From a virus (taxonomy: Duplodnaviria; Caudoviricetes): a stretch of DNA of 64,000 nucleotides. The notes under the pieces were generated by a model. That model made no database searches, had not been told where the DNA came from, and saw only the letters and a program-made list of their open reading frames with translations. The position numbers were made by a program, and so were the translations under genes. This document shows, one piece after another, positions 17,533 through 26,357 of the stretch (position 1 is the stretch's first letter; every line of letters begins with the position of its first letter). The DNA lies in the IMG/VR virus record IMGVR_UViG_2821123053_000004, positions 4,819 to 68,818 of that record; one strand, given 5' to 3'.

Positions 17533-19809
17533 ATGTCCAATCCTACCACATCGCTGGCGCCGCTTGAACTCGCCCAGCACTACACCGAACAAGGCTGGCC
17601 GGTTTTTCCGTGCAGGTCGCAGTCCGAGGAGCACGTCGACCAGCACGGCGAAATCACCACGCTCGGCGAGAAAACCCCGCTAACCACGAATGGTTTCAAG
17701 GCAGCCACGCGTTTTGCCCGCATCCTTGACCGCTGGTGGACGGATTGGCCCGACGCAGCCGTTGGCCTGCCGACCGGATCCCCGACGGGCTTTTTCGCCT
17801 TGGACATCGACAACAAGCCCGGCGGATCGAACGGATTCATCTGGCTCGACGAGATGCAGGCCGAGCATGGCCCACTTCCTTCCACTGCAAGGGTCATCAG
17901 CCCGAACGGCGGGATGCACATCTATTTCAAGTACGTCGTGGGCACTCGAAACCGCGGCGCTCTTGGTGCTGGCGTCGATATCCGATCCGAGGGCGGCTAC
18001 GTCGTGGCGGCCGGCAGCACGATGTCGAACGGCCGGCAGTACAAGTGGGTCGATGACGTGCGCGAGATCGCGGACGCGCCCGCGTGGCTGCTCGACCTGC
18101 TGCTTCCGAAGTCAGCGCCGACACACAGCAGTTACACCGCGTCCTCGGCCACTAACAACGCCTACGTCGACGCGGCCGTCGATCGTGAGCTTGCCGATCT
18201 TGCGGGCGCACCGATGGGCAACCGGAACAACAGCTTGAACGACGCAGCCTTCGCGCTCGGCACATTCGTTGGCGCCGGCGCGCTGCAGGAGGCCGAGGCA
18301 CGCGCATTGCTGCAGGACGTGGCGCGCGGCTGGGGCAGGGACTGGTCACGTTGCTGCAAGACGATCGAAAACGGCTTGAAGGCGGGCATTGCACAGCCGC
18401 GGCACATTCCGGAGCCGGATTTCCAGCCGCAGGACAATACGACGCTGCGGGACGTCACGCGCATGATCCAGCGAGGCCTGGAAAAGGCGAGGACGAAGGC
18501 GGCTGCGAATGACAACGAGAGTATCAGTGAGATGGTTTCTCTGGGCGGTGATGCCGCCGATGAAGGCGGAATTATCCCGAATGAGGGTGAAGTCGCACCT
18601 CATGGGGATAATGTTGCCACGGTTTCTGCTGGCGCATTCCACGCCACCGCCTTTAAATGGATCGACCCTTCCACCCTGCCGAGGCGCGAGTTCGCATTCG
18701 GGACGCACTACATTCGCAAGTACGTCTCGGTCACTGTCAGCCCCGGCGGCCTCGGCAAGACCAGCAACAGCATCGTCGAGGCACTATCCATGGTATCCGG
18801 CCTTCCTCTTGCTGGCGTAAAGCCGTCCGAGCGTCTAAACGTCTGGCTATTCAATGCCGAGGATCCACGCGACGAAATGGACCGCCGCATCATGGCGGCG
18901 TGCGTGCACTACGGGCTCAAGCCGGAAGATATCGAAGGCCGTCTGTTCCTGGACACCGGTCGAGAGCAAGAGCTCATCGTTATGCATGAGGACAAGAAGA
19001 CCGGCCTTCAGGTCAACGAGCCGGTCGTCGAGGCCGTGGTGGAGCAGATCGAGCGGCACAGCATCGATGTTATGATCGTGGACCCGTTCGTGTCGACCCA
19101 CCGCGTCAATGAGAACGACAACGGCGCAATCGACAAGGTGGCGAAGCTATGGGCGCAGATTGCCGATTACACAAACTGCGCCGTCGACGTCGTGCACCAC
19201 TTGAAGAAGTTGGCCGATAGGGAGGCTACCGTCGAGGACGCGCGAGGCGCTGTGTCACTCATTGGTGCAGCTCGCTCTGTGCGGGTGCTGAACCGGATGT
19301 CCGGAGAGCAGGCGATCCGCGCCGGCTTGTCGGATTCGGAGCGTTTCAGTTACTTCTACATCCATCACGGCAAGGTCAATCTGACCAAGATGGACAACAG
19401 CGAGCACTGGCGAAAGCTGGAAAGCGTCGGACTGGGCAACGGCGGCAAGGGCAACCTAGCCATGCTCAAGCAAGATACTGCCGGCGTCGTGACCGAATGG
19501 AAGTGGCCCTCCACGGAAGATATAGCCGAACTTGTGCCGCAAGACGTCCGTGCCGAGGTTGTCGTTAAGCTCGCGAACATGTCGTGCCGCGAGAGTCCTC
19601 AGTCTGAGGATTGGGCCGGCTACGTGCTTGCGGCGGCCATGGGCATGGAGGTCGAGACGAACAAGGTCTTAACGCCTGAGAAGCGGAAGGTGAAGGCCGT
19701 GCTTGATGCCTGGATCAGCAACGGCATCCTGCAAGTCGTCAATGAACCGGATCCGAAGCATATCGGTCGGAAGATAAAATTTGTGCGGCCGGTGGAAGAG
19801 GCGGCGTGA
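17533..19809 (+). CDS. Bifunctional primase-polymerase fused to AAA_25 helicase
   Basis: GWPVFPC, ALDIDNK, SPNGGMHIYF, DIRSEGGYVVA; Walker A PGGLGKT; Walker B IVDPF. Confidence 0.92.
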   Translation: MSNPTTSLAPLELAQHYTEQGWPVFPCRSQSEEHVDQHGEITTLGEKTPLTTNGFKAATRFARILDRWWTDWPDAAVGLPTGSPTGFFALDIDNKPGGSNGFIWLDEMQAEHGPLPSTARVISPNGGMHIYFKYVVGTRNRGALGAGVDIRSEGGYVVAAGSTMSNGRQYKWVDDVREIADAPAWLLDLLLPKSAPTHSSYTASSATNNAYVDAAVDRELADLAGAPMGNRNNSLNDAAFALGTFVGAGALQEAEARALLQDVARGWGRDWSRCCKTIENGLKAGIAQPRHIPEPDFQPQDNTTLRDVTRMIQRGLEKARTKAAANDNESISEMVSLGGDAADEGGIIPNEGEVAPHGDNVATVSAGAFHATAFKWIDPSTLPRREFAFGTHYIRKYVSVTVSPGGLGKTSNSIVEALSMVSGLPLAGVKPSERLNVWLFNAEDPRDEMDRRIMAACVHYGLKPEDIEGRLFLDTGREQELIVMHEDKKTGLQVNEPVVEAVVEQIERHSIDVMIVDPFVSTHRVNENDNGAIDKVAKLWAQIADYTNCAVDVVHHLKKLADREATVEDARGAVSLIGAARSVRVLNRMSGEQAIRAGLSDSERFSYFYIHHGKVNLTKMDNSEHWRKLESVGLGNGGKGNLAMLKQDTAGVVTEWKWPSTEDIAELVPQDVRAEVVVKLANMSCRESPQSEDWAGYVLAAAMGMEVETNKVLTPEKRKVKAVLDAWISNGILQVVNEPDPKHIGRKIKFVRPVEEAA

Positions 19810-19812
19810 GAG

Positions 19813-19840
19813 AGGGCGGCAGAGATGCCGCCTTTTTTTT
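19813..19840 (+). terminator. Intrinsic terminator after primase gene
   Basis: GGCGGCA-GAGA-TGCCGCC followed by a T tract. Confidence 0.7.
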
Positions 19841-19854
19841 GGGCTACGCAGAAC

Positions 19855-21153
19855 CTATCCCCTGGAGGTCACTTCCAGTGCATCTCGATCGGCAGACTTT
19901 GATTTGATGTATGTGGAGATCAGAGAGCGATTATCGGCCGTGATTGCGGACCATCGCGCGTCCCAAACACCGTAAGCGTGCCACGAATAACCCAGCAACC
20001 TAGTGCGGCTCATGTGCTCCATCGAGTACTTCACTGCTTCCAGGAATGTCGCTTCAACCGCTGTCCCCCGGACGTCAATAAGGCTACCAAGATAAGTAAG
20101 CCAAGCGGCGAGCTGTACGTACTGTTCCCAGGCTCCGCTCCCGCGCGATAGAGCCATTTTTTTCGCGATGATGTCCGCAAAAGTGTTAACTACTCGATCT
20201 TGCCGGAGACTTGCTCCCACCGCCCATATTGCAGATACTATTTCGTAGAACGAGCTCTCCACACCCAGGTATTTTTCCGTGAAGGCGTGCTTCTCATACA
20301 GAACTTTTTTAATAGTTTCGACTGTCTTTCCTACCTTAGCCACGTCTCCTTTTTGTGCGCTAACTTTTTTAAAGAATTCTTCCACCTCAGTATTGGATAT
20401 GACTCGAATTCCGTAGCTGTTAGAATAGTAATCAGAAATCCTTTGATCTATCTTTGAGCGAGATACGAAAAATACTGAGTTGCTCACAGCGTGATTTCGC
20501 ACAAATCCGCGGTAATCGTTCAAGATTGATTTAAGGTTTGTATCACCCAGAGAATAACCTAAAATGACTACAGTATTCTCATGAAGAATTGTGCTCAATT
20601 TTCTCGAGAAATAAGATTCTGTGTGCATGAAATTGAAGTAGTCATCAGCCGTGACTATCATTTTTCCTGGAACGTCTATTGAGCCATGTACGTGGTAAAC
20701 CTTCACGCGACCGTCTGACCGTGGCACGGGTCGCCCAGGGGACAGCGACAGGCATTCCGCTCCTGCAAGCTCCTCCGCGAGTTTATCATAGTTCGTAGTC
20801 ACAATGCGTAGCGGCTTTTCTTGGAGAAACTTGGCTGTTTCCGGATAGCTGCCACCGAGTTTGATTTCAGAAATCAACGATGCAATCTCGTCGTGAAGAT
20901 CGATGTTGTTGCGAGAAAGCTCGATGCCGACAACCTGAGCTGCCTCATCTAGTTGCAGGGCACTTGCACCATCCTTCGGGAATAAAGCCTCCTTGAACTC
21001 AGGGCTTTTAATATGTTTATCGCAAATTTGTTCAAGTAACTCCTGCCACCCCGGGGCGGTGTTCCCACTTAATGCTTTTGAGAATCCTGTTCCGGTAAAC
21101 AGACAAAGCCGGTTAGATGCTGCCGCGTAGGCAATCTCAAAATATTCACTCAT
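19855..21153 (-). CDS. SIR2-like (SIR2_2) domain protein, putative anti-phage NADase
   Basis: LFTGTGFS, TTNYD, VHGS, ILGYSLGDTN; AT-richer than flanks; antisense; start placed at SD-led ATG. Confidence 0.85.
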   Translation of the reverse strand: MSEYFEIAYAAASNRLCLFTGTGFSKALSGNTAPGWQELLEQICDKHIKSPEFKEALFPKDGASALQLDEAAQVVGIELSRNNIDLHDEIASLISEIKLGGSYPETAKFLQEKPLRIVTTNYDKLAEELAGAECLSLSPGRPVPRSDGRVKVYHVHGSIDVPGKMIVTADDYFNFMHTESYFSRKLSTILHENTVVILGYSLGDTNLKSILNDYRGFVRNHAVSNSVFFVSRSKIDQRISDYYSNSYGIRVISNTEVEEFFKKVSAQKGDVAKVGKTVETIKKVLYEKHAFTEKYLGVESSFYEIVSAIWAVGASLRQDRVVNTFADIIAKKMALSRGSGAWEQYVQLAAWLTYLGSLIDVRGTAVEATFLEAVKYSMEHMSRTRLLGYSWHAYGVWDARWSAITADNRSLISTYIKSKSADRDALEVTSRG

Positions 21154-21329
21154 TGAAGTCTCCGATGAAAATTCTTCACGTTGTCGCAACTTTAGTTGGT
21201 GGCAAGTTATGCAACCAAAAACTTAACGCAATGCAACCTTAGCTTACGTGATTTGGCTGGTTCCCACCCATCATTCGGCAGTAAGAGCAACCCGCTTTGC
21301 CATTCAAGAATGCCCGCGTTTTTCAAACG

Positions 21330-21545
21330 TTCTCCACCTCTATCCACCCCGTTTTTGAGGTGGTGTTTTTCACCCCACGTGACGCTTATTCCCACCTACC
21401 ACCACCACCCATCCCCTTTAGGGGGTGGGGTGGTGTGATGGTGGTTGGGGATGCAGGTAGTGGATATCCACATCGAGATGGCGAGGTGGATAGGTTGGCA
21501 GCGTGGGTGCAGTGGCGGCACCCACGTGTTTTTCATATATCCACT
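21330..21545. other. Putative phage replication origin
   Basis: Five TATCCAC copies and an imperfect C/A-rich versus G/T-rich inverted repeat centred on CCCCTTTAGGGG. Confidence 0.45.
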
Positions 21546-21570
21546 TCACCAACACCACTCAGGAGGCACC

Positions 21571-22065
21571 ATGGCAAAGCCAACGCAGCAGACAGTTCGC
21601 ATCAAAGGCGTTCGCACCATCATCCGAACATCGGCCAGCGGCAAGGTCACAACCAAGGAAGCGCTGCCGAAGGAATGGGAGCTGCAGGCGGCACAGGTTC
21701 GTGCTCTGCGGCGGCTTCCTGAATACGGCAAGCAGTTCTTGCTAGCAGGTGACCAGAACGCGGCCAAGCGGGGTCCACGTGCTCAACAGGAAGCGATCGC
21801 CGCCGGGATGACACCCGGAGAGCCTGACGTCCGGATCTACCTCGCCAACGGTCAGATCCGGCTCATCGAGAACAAGGTCGGCCGAGCGTCGCTCACCGAC
21901 AGCCAGAAGGAACGTCATCCAGCACTTGCGCGTCTCGGCCACCATGTCGTGGTCGTGCGCGCCGTCACCGGCGAAGAAGCGGCGAAACAGGCCGTCGATC
22001 TCGTCCGGAAATGGATAGCAGAAAACAACAACATGTCATTTGACAAATTTGTAAAAGTTTCGTAG
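21571..22065 (+). CDS. VRR-NUC-like nuclease
   Basis: EWELQAAQV..GEPDVRIYL..IENKVGRASLTDSQKE. Confidence 0.8.
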   Translation: MAKPTQQTVRIKGVRTIIRTSASGKVTTKEALPKEWELQAAQVRALRRLPEYGKQFLLAGDQNAAKRGPRAQQEAIAAGMTPGEPDVRIYLANGQIRLIENKVGRASLTDSQKERHPALARLGHHVVVVRAVTGEEAAKQAVDLVRKWIAENNNMSFDKFVKVS

Positions 22066-22068
22066 TTA
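22040..22068 (+). promoter_or_regulatory. Promoter/operator TTGACAAATTTGTAAA
   Basis: Copy of motif; followed by terminator-like hairpin 22151-22176. Confidence 0.65.
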
Positions 22069-22225
22069 GTGCGCGAACCAATAGCCAACTATGAGGATGA
22101 ATGGCAGAGCTCTCCACCAGAAGATCATAAGCCCTACGACCACCGACAATAGGCCGCCCACCCAGCGGCCTTTTCTGTTTTTGGTATTATATACCTTCTG
22201 CCACCACCACAGCAGAGGAGACCAC

Positions 22226-23158
22226 ATGGCCAGACACGGATCACTTGCCGAGCAGCTTGCCGAATTCGGCAAGGCAACGCCAATAGCTGCAAACGACAAC
22301 AAGCCGAAGAAGGAAAGGCCGGCGCGATATCGCGGTACACTTCCAGCGCTTCGGTGGCTCTGGGACAATCGACCGGACCTTGCCCCAGCACTCGCTAGTG
22401 CCCTTCCTCGGCAGGCCGCAAACTGGTTCGTCGAGGTCGAGCCCACCAGGCAGGAGATCAGGCCCACCGTTGGCGAGTTGCTTGCAGCGAGCCAAGATGA
22501 TGACGGCAAGACAGTGCCAGCCACCTACGAGCGTCACCACAAGCATTGCTTCACTACGGTCGGCAGGTTGAGGTTTCGCGACGGTCTTTTGACCGAATGG
22601 GGTGTGACGAAGAAGGGGAAGAAGCTCAAGCCAACCGACAGGCCGCGAAGCACGGAAGACAAATCAACGAAGACGCGGTCTCCCGAATTCTATCTGTCGA
22701 CTAAAGCAAATACGCCATCCCCGATGGATGCGACCCACTTTCACAGGCCGATGTCAGGAGATCCGGCAATCGCATCGATGTACGATCCGTTGCCAGGCGT
22801 TGAGGACGCCCGTGCACTTCTGGCCTCGCTGGGTGTCGATGGATCCGTGCCAGCAGACCAGCTTCCTAAAGCTGTCACGTTCTGCCCGCTTGTGGCGGTG
22901 GATGGCGCCGGCTTCCTCGGAGGTGTGACCAACCTATCGGGCAATTCGTCGGAGGGTGCGGTCATGTGGGATGCGCCGGAGGATCGCAAGAGCAATGCCG
23001 CCTCAGTTATCGAGGAGGTGGCATCATCCGGAACGCTCAAGTCCATCGGCATCCGCCTCGGATACAGCGAAGGTTATGCGGACAGAGCTGGAAAGGCAGC
23101 TCTCGTAGAATTGGCCGAAGTACTCGCACTGACGGAAAAGCATAAAAAAGCTGCATAG
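22226..23158 (+). CDS. Hypothetical protein with possible C-terminal HTH (candidate late regulator)
   Basis: SD-led ATG; TLKSIGIRLGYSEGYA; last gene before late region; AANDN and C-terminal AA. Confidence 0.7.
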   Translation: MARHGSLAEQLAEFGKATPIAANDNKPKKERPARYRGTLPALRWLWDNRPDLAPALASALPRQAANWFVEVEPTRQEIRPTVGELLAASQDDDGKTVPATYERHHKHCFTTVGRLRFRDGLLTEWGVTKKGKKLKPTDRPRSTEDKSTKTRSPEFYLSTKANTPSPMDATHFHRPMSGDPAIASMYDPLPGVEDARALLASLGVDGSVPADQLPKAVTFCPLVAVDGAGFLGGVTNLSGNSSEGAVMWDAPEDRKSNAASVIEEVASSGTLKSIGIRLGYSEGYADRAGKAALVELAEVLALTEKHKKAA

Positions 23159-23439
23159 CATGTGCCTTTTCGTGCCGCGTTGCTGCGTACTCTTATGAGA
23201 GGGATAGAAAGCTATCCCAACAGCAACGCGGCCTTGCCGCCCCATCGCCATGCTGCACCAGTTGCAGCCTCTGAGCTTTGGGTAACTACAGCCTGCCATG
23301 TCGAGCCGCACTGCGGACCATGGCGGCATTCATGAGCATCCTAGTCCTCTGTGCTTTCAATTGTGCCGGGTTACGTACCGTCACCGTGGCGAGCATATGC
23401 CTAACATCACGAATTAACGTGAGGGCGCTGCTGACGAGC

Positions 23440-23618
23440 AGTGGCTGGATGCATCTATTGGCAGGACCGGCGGGATACATCGTAAGCCCGGATACCCAAA
23501 GGCACACCGTATGGGCGCCGCCTGCTAATCCCCTCCCCATTACCTGGCGCGCCTCCTCTCGCGACAGGTAGTCCTGCGGCGGTCTCCCCACTGGGTCGAG
23601 ATCGCCGCTTTTGTTTTC
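23440..23618 (+). ncRNA. Candidate structured leader/sRNA ending in an intrinsic terminator
   Basis: Stems TTGGCAGG..CCTGCTAA; hairpin with CCTCCTCT loop (23539-23572); GCGGCGGTCTC..GAGATCGCCGC + TTTTGTTTT. Confidence 0.4.
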
Positions 23619-23695
23619 TGCGGGGTAGAGCAGCATGGTAGCTCGCTTGGCTCATAACCAAGAGGTCGCTGGTTCAAGTCCAGCCCCCGCAACCA
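23619..23695 (+). tRNA. tRNA-Met(CAT), initiator-like
   Basis: 77-nt cloverleaf; anticodon CAT at 23653-23655; GGTTCAAGTCC T arm; encoded CCA. Confidence 0.93.
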
Positions 23696-23982
23696 AGCAT
23701 CCTTGGAAGCACCTGTACGACACAGCCGCATGGAAGCGCTTGCGCGAGCATCAGCTTGCGATACAGCCGCTCTGTGAGTTCTGTCTCATCACCGAAGATG
23801 TCACGGCTGCCGATGTAGTGGATCATAAGAAGCCGCACAAAGGCGACCTCGATCTATTCCATGATCCAAACAACCTTCAGTCATTGTGCAAGCATCATCA
23901 CGATAGTGCAAAGCAAATGATAGAGCGCGGCAAGAAGATTGCAATTATAGGCGTTGATGGATACCTGATTGAACTCGGATAG
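23635..23982 (+). CDS. HNH endonuclease (HK97 gp74-like packaging nuclease)
   Basis: PLCEFC, VVDHKKPHKG, NLQSLCKHHHD; start codon lies within the tRNA. Confidence 0.85.
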   Translation: MVARLAHNQEVAGSSPAPATKHPWKHLYDTAAWKRLREHQLAIQPLCEFCLITEDVTAADVVDHKKPHKGDLDLFHDPNNLQSLCKHHHDSAKQMIERGKKIAIIGVDGYLIELG

Positions 23983-24160
23983 ACCGAAAATATATTGAAA
24001 AATATGCGGATTTATTCGATTTTATGCTTGTCGGATGCCTATCATCATGATATGATTGAAGGTTTTGTCACGGGTAGGGGGTGGGTCAAAGTCTGACCCG
24101 TCCGGCCGCCCTACCGGCGGTGTCCAACAACGATAGCGCTAATACAGTTTTTTGCCTCCC
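23983..24160. other. Probable cos/packaging-site region
   Basis: AT-rich stretch then GGGGGTGGGTCAAA between HNH and terS; exact cut site not determined. Confidence 0.4.
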
Positions 24161-24198
24161 GCGTGCGCAAGCGCGCGAGGCCTATGAGGATCCACGAC

Positions 24199-24666
24199 AT
24201 GGCGAAGAGGAAGGCGCGCATAGACAGCGCGGCCGAAGCCGTGCGCGTCATGGCCAAGGCCAGTATAGAGATCTTGCCGCCAAGCAACGTACCCCTCGAC
24301 ACGGGCGACGAGCCTTTCTTTAGAAACGTGGTCGCTGAGTTCGCTCGGTCGGAATGGTCTGATCATCAGCTTGAACTCGCTGCCATGCTCGCCAGGACGA
24401 TGGCTGACCTCGTGCGGGAGCAAGCTCTCCTTCGAGATGAGGGCGGCGTCGCCTACAGCGAGAAAGGCACGCCCGTCGCCAATCCGCGCAAGACAATCGT
24501 GCAGATGCACGCTGCGAGCATCCTTTCTTTCCGCCGATCGCTCGCCCTCCACGCTCGAGCGACCCAGGGCGAGGTCCGAGACACAGCCAAGCGCCGAGAG
24601 GCAGCCAAGGAGATCGAGGGCGAAAATCCGCTAGAGGACGACGATCTGCTGGCCCGGCCACGCTAG
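24199..24666 (+). CDS. Terminase small subunit
   Basis: SEKGTPVANPRKTIV; position before terL; alternative starts 24163/24184. Confidence 0.85.
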   Translation: MAKRKARIDSAAEAVRVMAKASIEILPPSNVPLDTGDEPFFRNVVAEFARSEWSDHQLELAAMLARTMADLVREQALLRDEGGVAYSEKGTPVANPRKTIVQMHAASILSFRRSLALHARATQGEVRDTAKRREAAKEIEGENPLEDDDLLARPR

Positions 24667-24673
24667 GTGATGA

Positions 24674-26341
24674 ATGCCCGCAAAACTTCCTGCATCGACG
24701 CTTGCCGCGATCAAGTGCGGGCCTATCCCTAAGCTGAGAGACTGGCGCAAGCTTCCGACGAATAAGCTTAGCCGCGGTGAGCGGGTTTGCCGCTTCATCG
24801 AAGATTATCTTGTAGTTCCGGAGGGTGACCTCGTCGGCCAGCCGATCAAGTTGCTGGCCTTCCAGGAAGCATTCATCCTCAGCACTTACGACAACCCGGC
24901 CGGCACGGCCCGCGCCTACCTGTCGATCGCCCGTAAGAATTCGAAGACGGCGACGATCGCCTGCCTCCTGTTGGCCCACATCGTCGGGCCGGAAGCGTAC
25001 CAGAATAGCCGCATCATGTCTGGCGCGCGTTCGCGCAAACAGGCTGCCGAAGTCTACAACTACGCCAGCAAGATGTGCATGATGTCGCCGAAGCTGTCGA
25101 AGCTGGTGCGGATCGTGCCTTCGGGCAAGATGATCATCGGCTTGGCGATGAACGTCGAGTATCAGGCCAGTTCGGCTGAGGCGAAGAGCGCACACGGCGG
25201 CTCGCCCATCCTGGCTATTCTTGACGAGGTGGGCCAGATCAAAGGCCCGACGGATGATTTCGTTGAGGCGATCGTCACTTCGCAGGGAGCATACGGGGAC
25301 AAGGCGATGGTTTTCGCCATCTCGACGCAGGCGGCCACCGACGGAGACCTATTTTCGCGTTGGCTAGATGACGCCGAAACGTCGAAGGCGCCGCGTATCG
25401 TCAGCCATCTCTACAGCGCGCCCGCAGATTGCGACGTGCTGGACGAGGATGCGTGGAAGGCGGCCAACCCGGCACTTGGCTTCTTTAAGTCGGTTACTGC
25501 CGTACGGGACGACGCTGAACGAGCATCGCGACAGCCAACTGAGGAGGCCAGCTTCCGCTGGCTGCACCTCAATCAGCGAATCGACGCCTCGGCTCCACTA
25601 TTCCCGCCGACAGTTTGGCGTGCTTGCGACGCTACTATCGAAGATTTTGCAGGACTGCCGGTGTTCGGCGGCCTCGACCTTTCCGAAGTGTCCGACTTGA
25701 CGTCTCTGGTGCTCATGGCTCCGAAGGAGACAGAGGCCGGCACGATCTGGAACGTCAAGCCGACCTTCTGGCTTCCGGGTGAGGCTCTACGAGAGAAGGC
25801 TAAGGCCGACCGCGTGCCGTACGACATCTGGAACAAGCCAGATGAAGACGGGCACAGGTTCCTGGAAACGACGCCTGGCCCGACGGTCGATTACGAGTTT
25901 GTCGCCCACTATCTTTTCGAGCTCCATCAGAAGCTCGACATCCGAAAGATCGCTTTCGACCGCTGGAACTGGCGGCATTTGAAGCCTTGGCTGCTCAAGG
26001 TCGGCTTCACTGAGGAGCAGCTCGAGGGTGACGAGGCGATCTTCGAGCAGTTCGGTCAGGGCTTCGCGTCCATGTCACCGGCCATTCGCGAGCTTGAGAG
26101 TATCGTTCTCAACAAGAAGCTCGCTCACGGCGGCCATCCCGTCCTTACCATGTGCGTGATGAATGCCACGGTGAAGCAGGATCCGAGCGGCAACCGCAAG
26201 CTCGACAAGCAGAAGTCCAGAGGGCGTATCGACGGTGCTGTGGCGCTGACGATGGCGACGGCAATGGCCGGCACCTACGAGGGGTCGGACGCCGGAAACA
26301 TCGATGACTTCGTAAACAACATGATTTCGGTCACGTGGTGA
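24674..26341 (+). CDS. Terminase large subunit
   Basis: ARKNSKT, ILDE, GGLDLS, AFDRW, RIDGAVA. Confidence 0.95.
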   Translation: MPAKLPASTLAAIKCGPIPKLRDWRKLPTNKLSRGERVCRFIEDYLVVPEGDLVGQPIKLLAFQEAFILSTYDNPAGTARAYLSIARKNSKTATIACLLLAHIVGPEAYQNSRIMSGARSRKQAAEVYNYASKMCMMSPKLSKLVRIVPSGKMIIGLAMNVEYQASSAEAKSAHGGSPILAILDEVGQIKGPTDDFVEAIVTSQGAYGDKAMVFAISTQAATDGDLFSRWLDDAETSKAPRIVSHLYSAPADCDVLDEDAWKAANPALGFFKSVTAVRDDAERASRQPTEEASFRWLHLNQRIDASAPLFPPTVWRACDATIEDFAGLPVFGGLDLSEVSDLTSLVLMAPKETEAGTIWNVKPTFWLPGEALREKAKADRVPYDIWNKPDEDGHRFLETTPGPTVDYEFVAHYLFELHQKLDIRKIAFDRWNWRHLKPWLLKVGFTEEQLEGDEAIFEQFGQGFASMSPAIRELESIVLNKKLAHGGHPVLTMCVMNATVKQDPSGNRKLDKQKSRGRIDGAVALTMATAMAGTYEGSDAGNIDDFVNNMISVTW

Positions 26342-26357
26342 CCCGCAAAGGATTACC

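Noticed and set aside
24940-24960. Terminase Walker A reads RKNSKT rather than RKNGKT
   Set aside because: Small-residue variation occurs in terminases and the rest of the gene is intact; not evidence of inactivation
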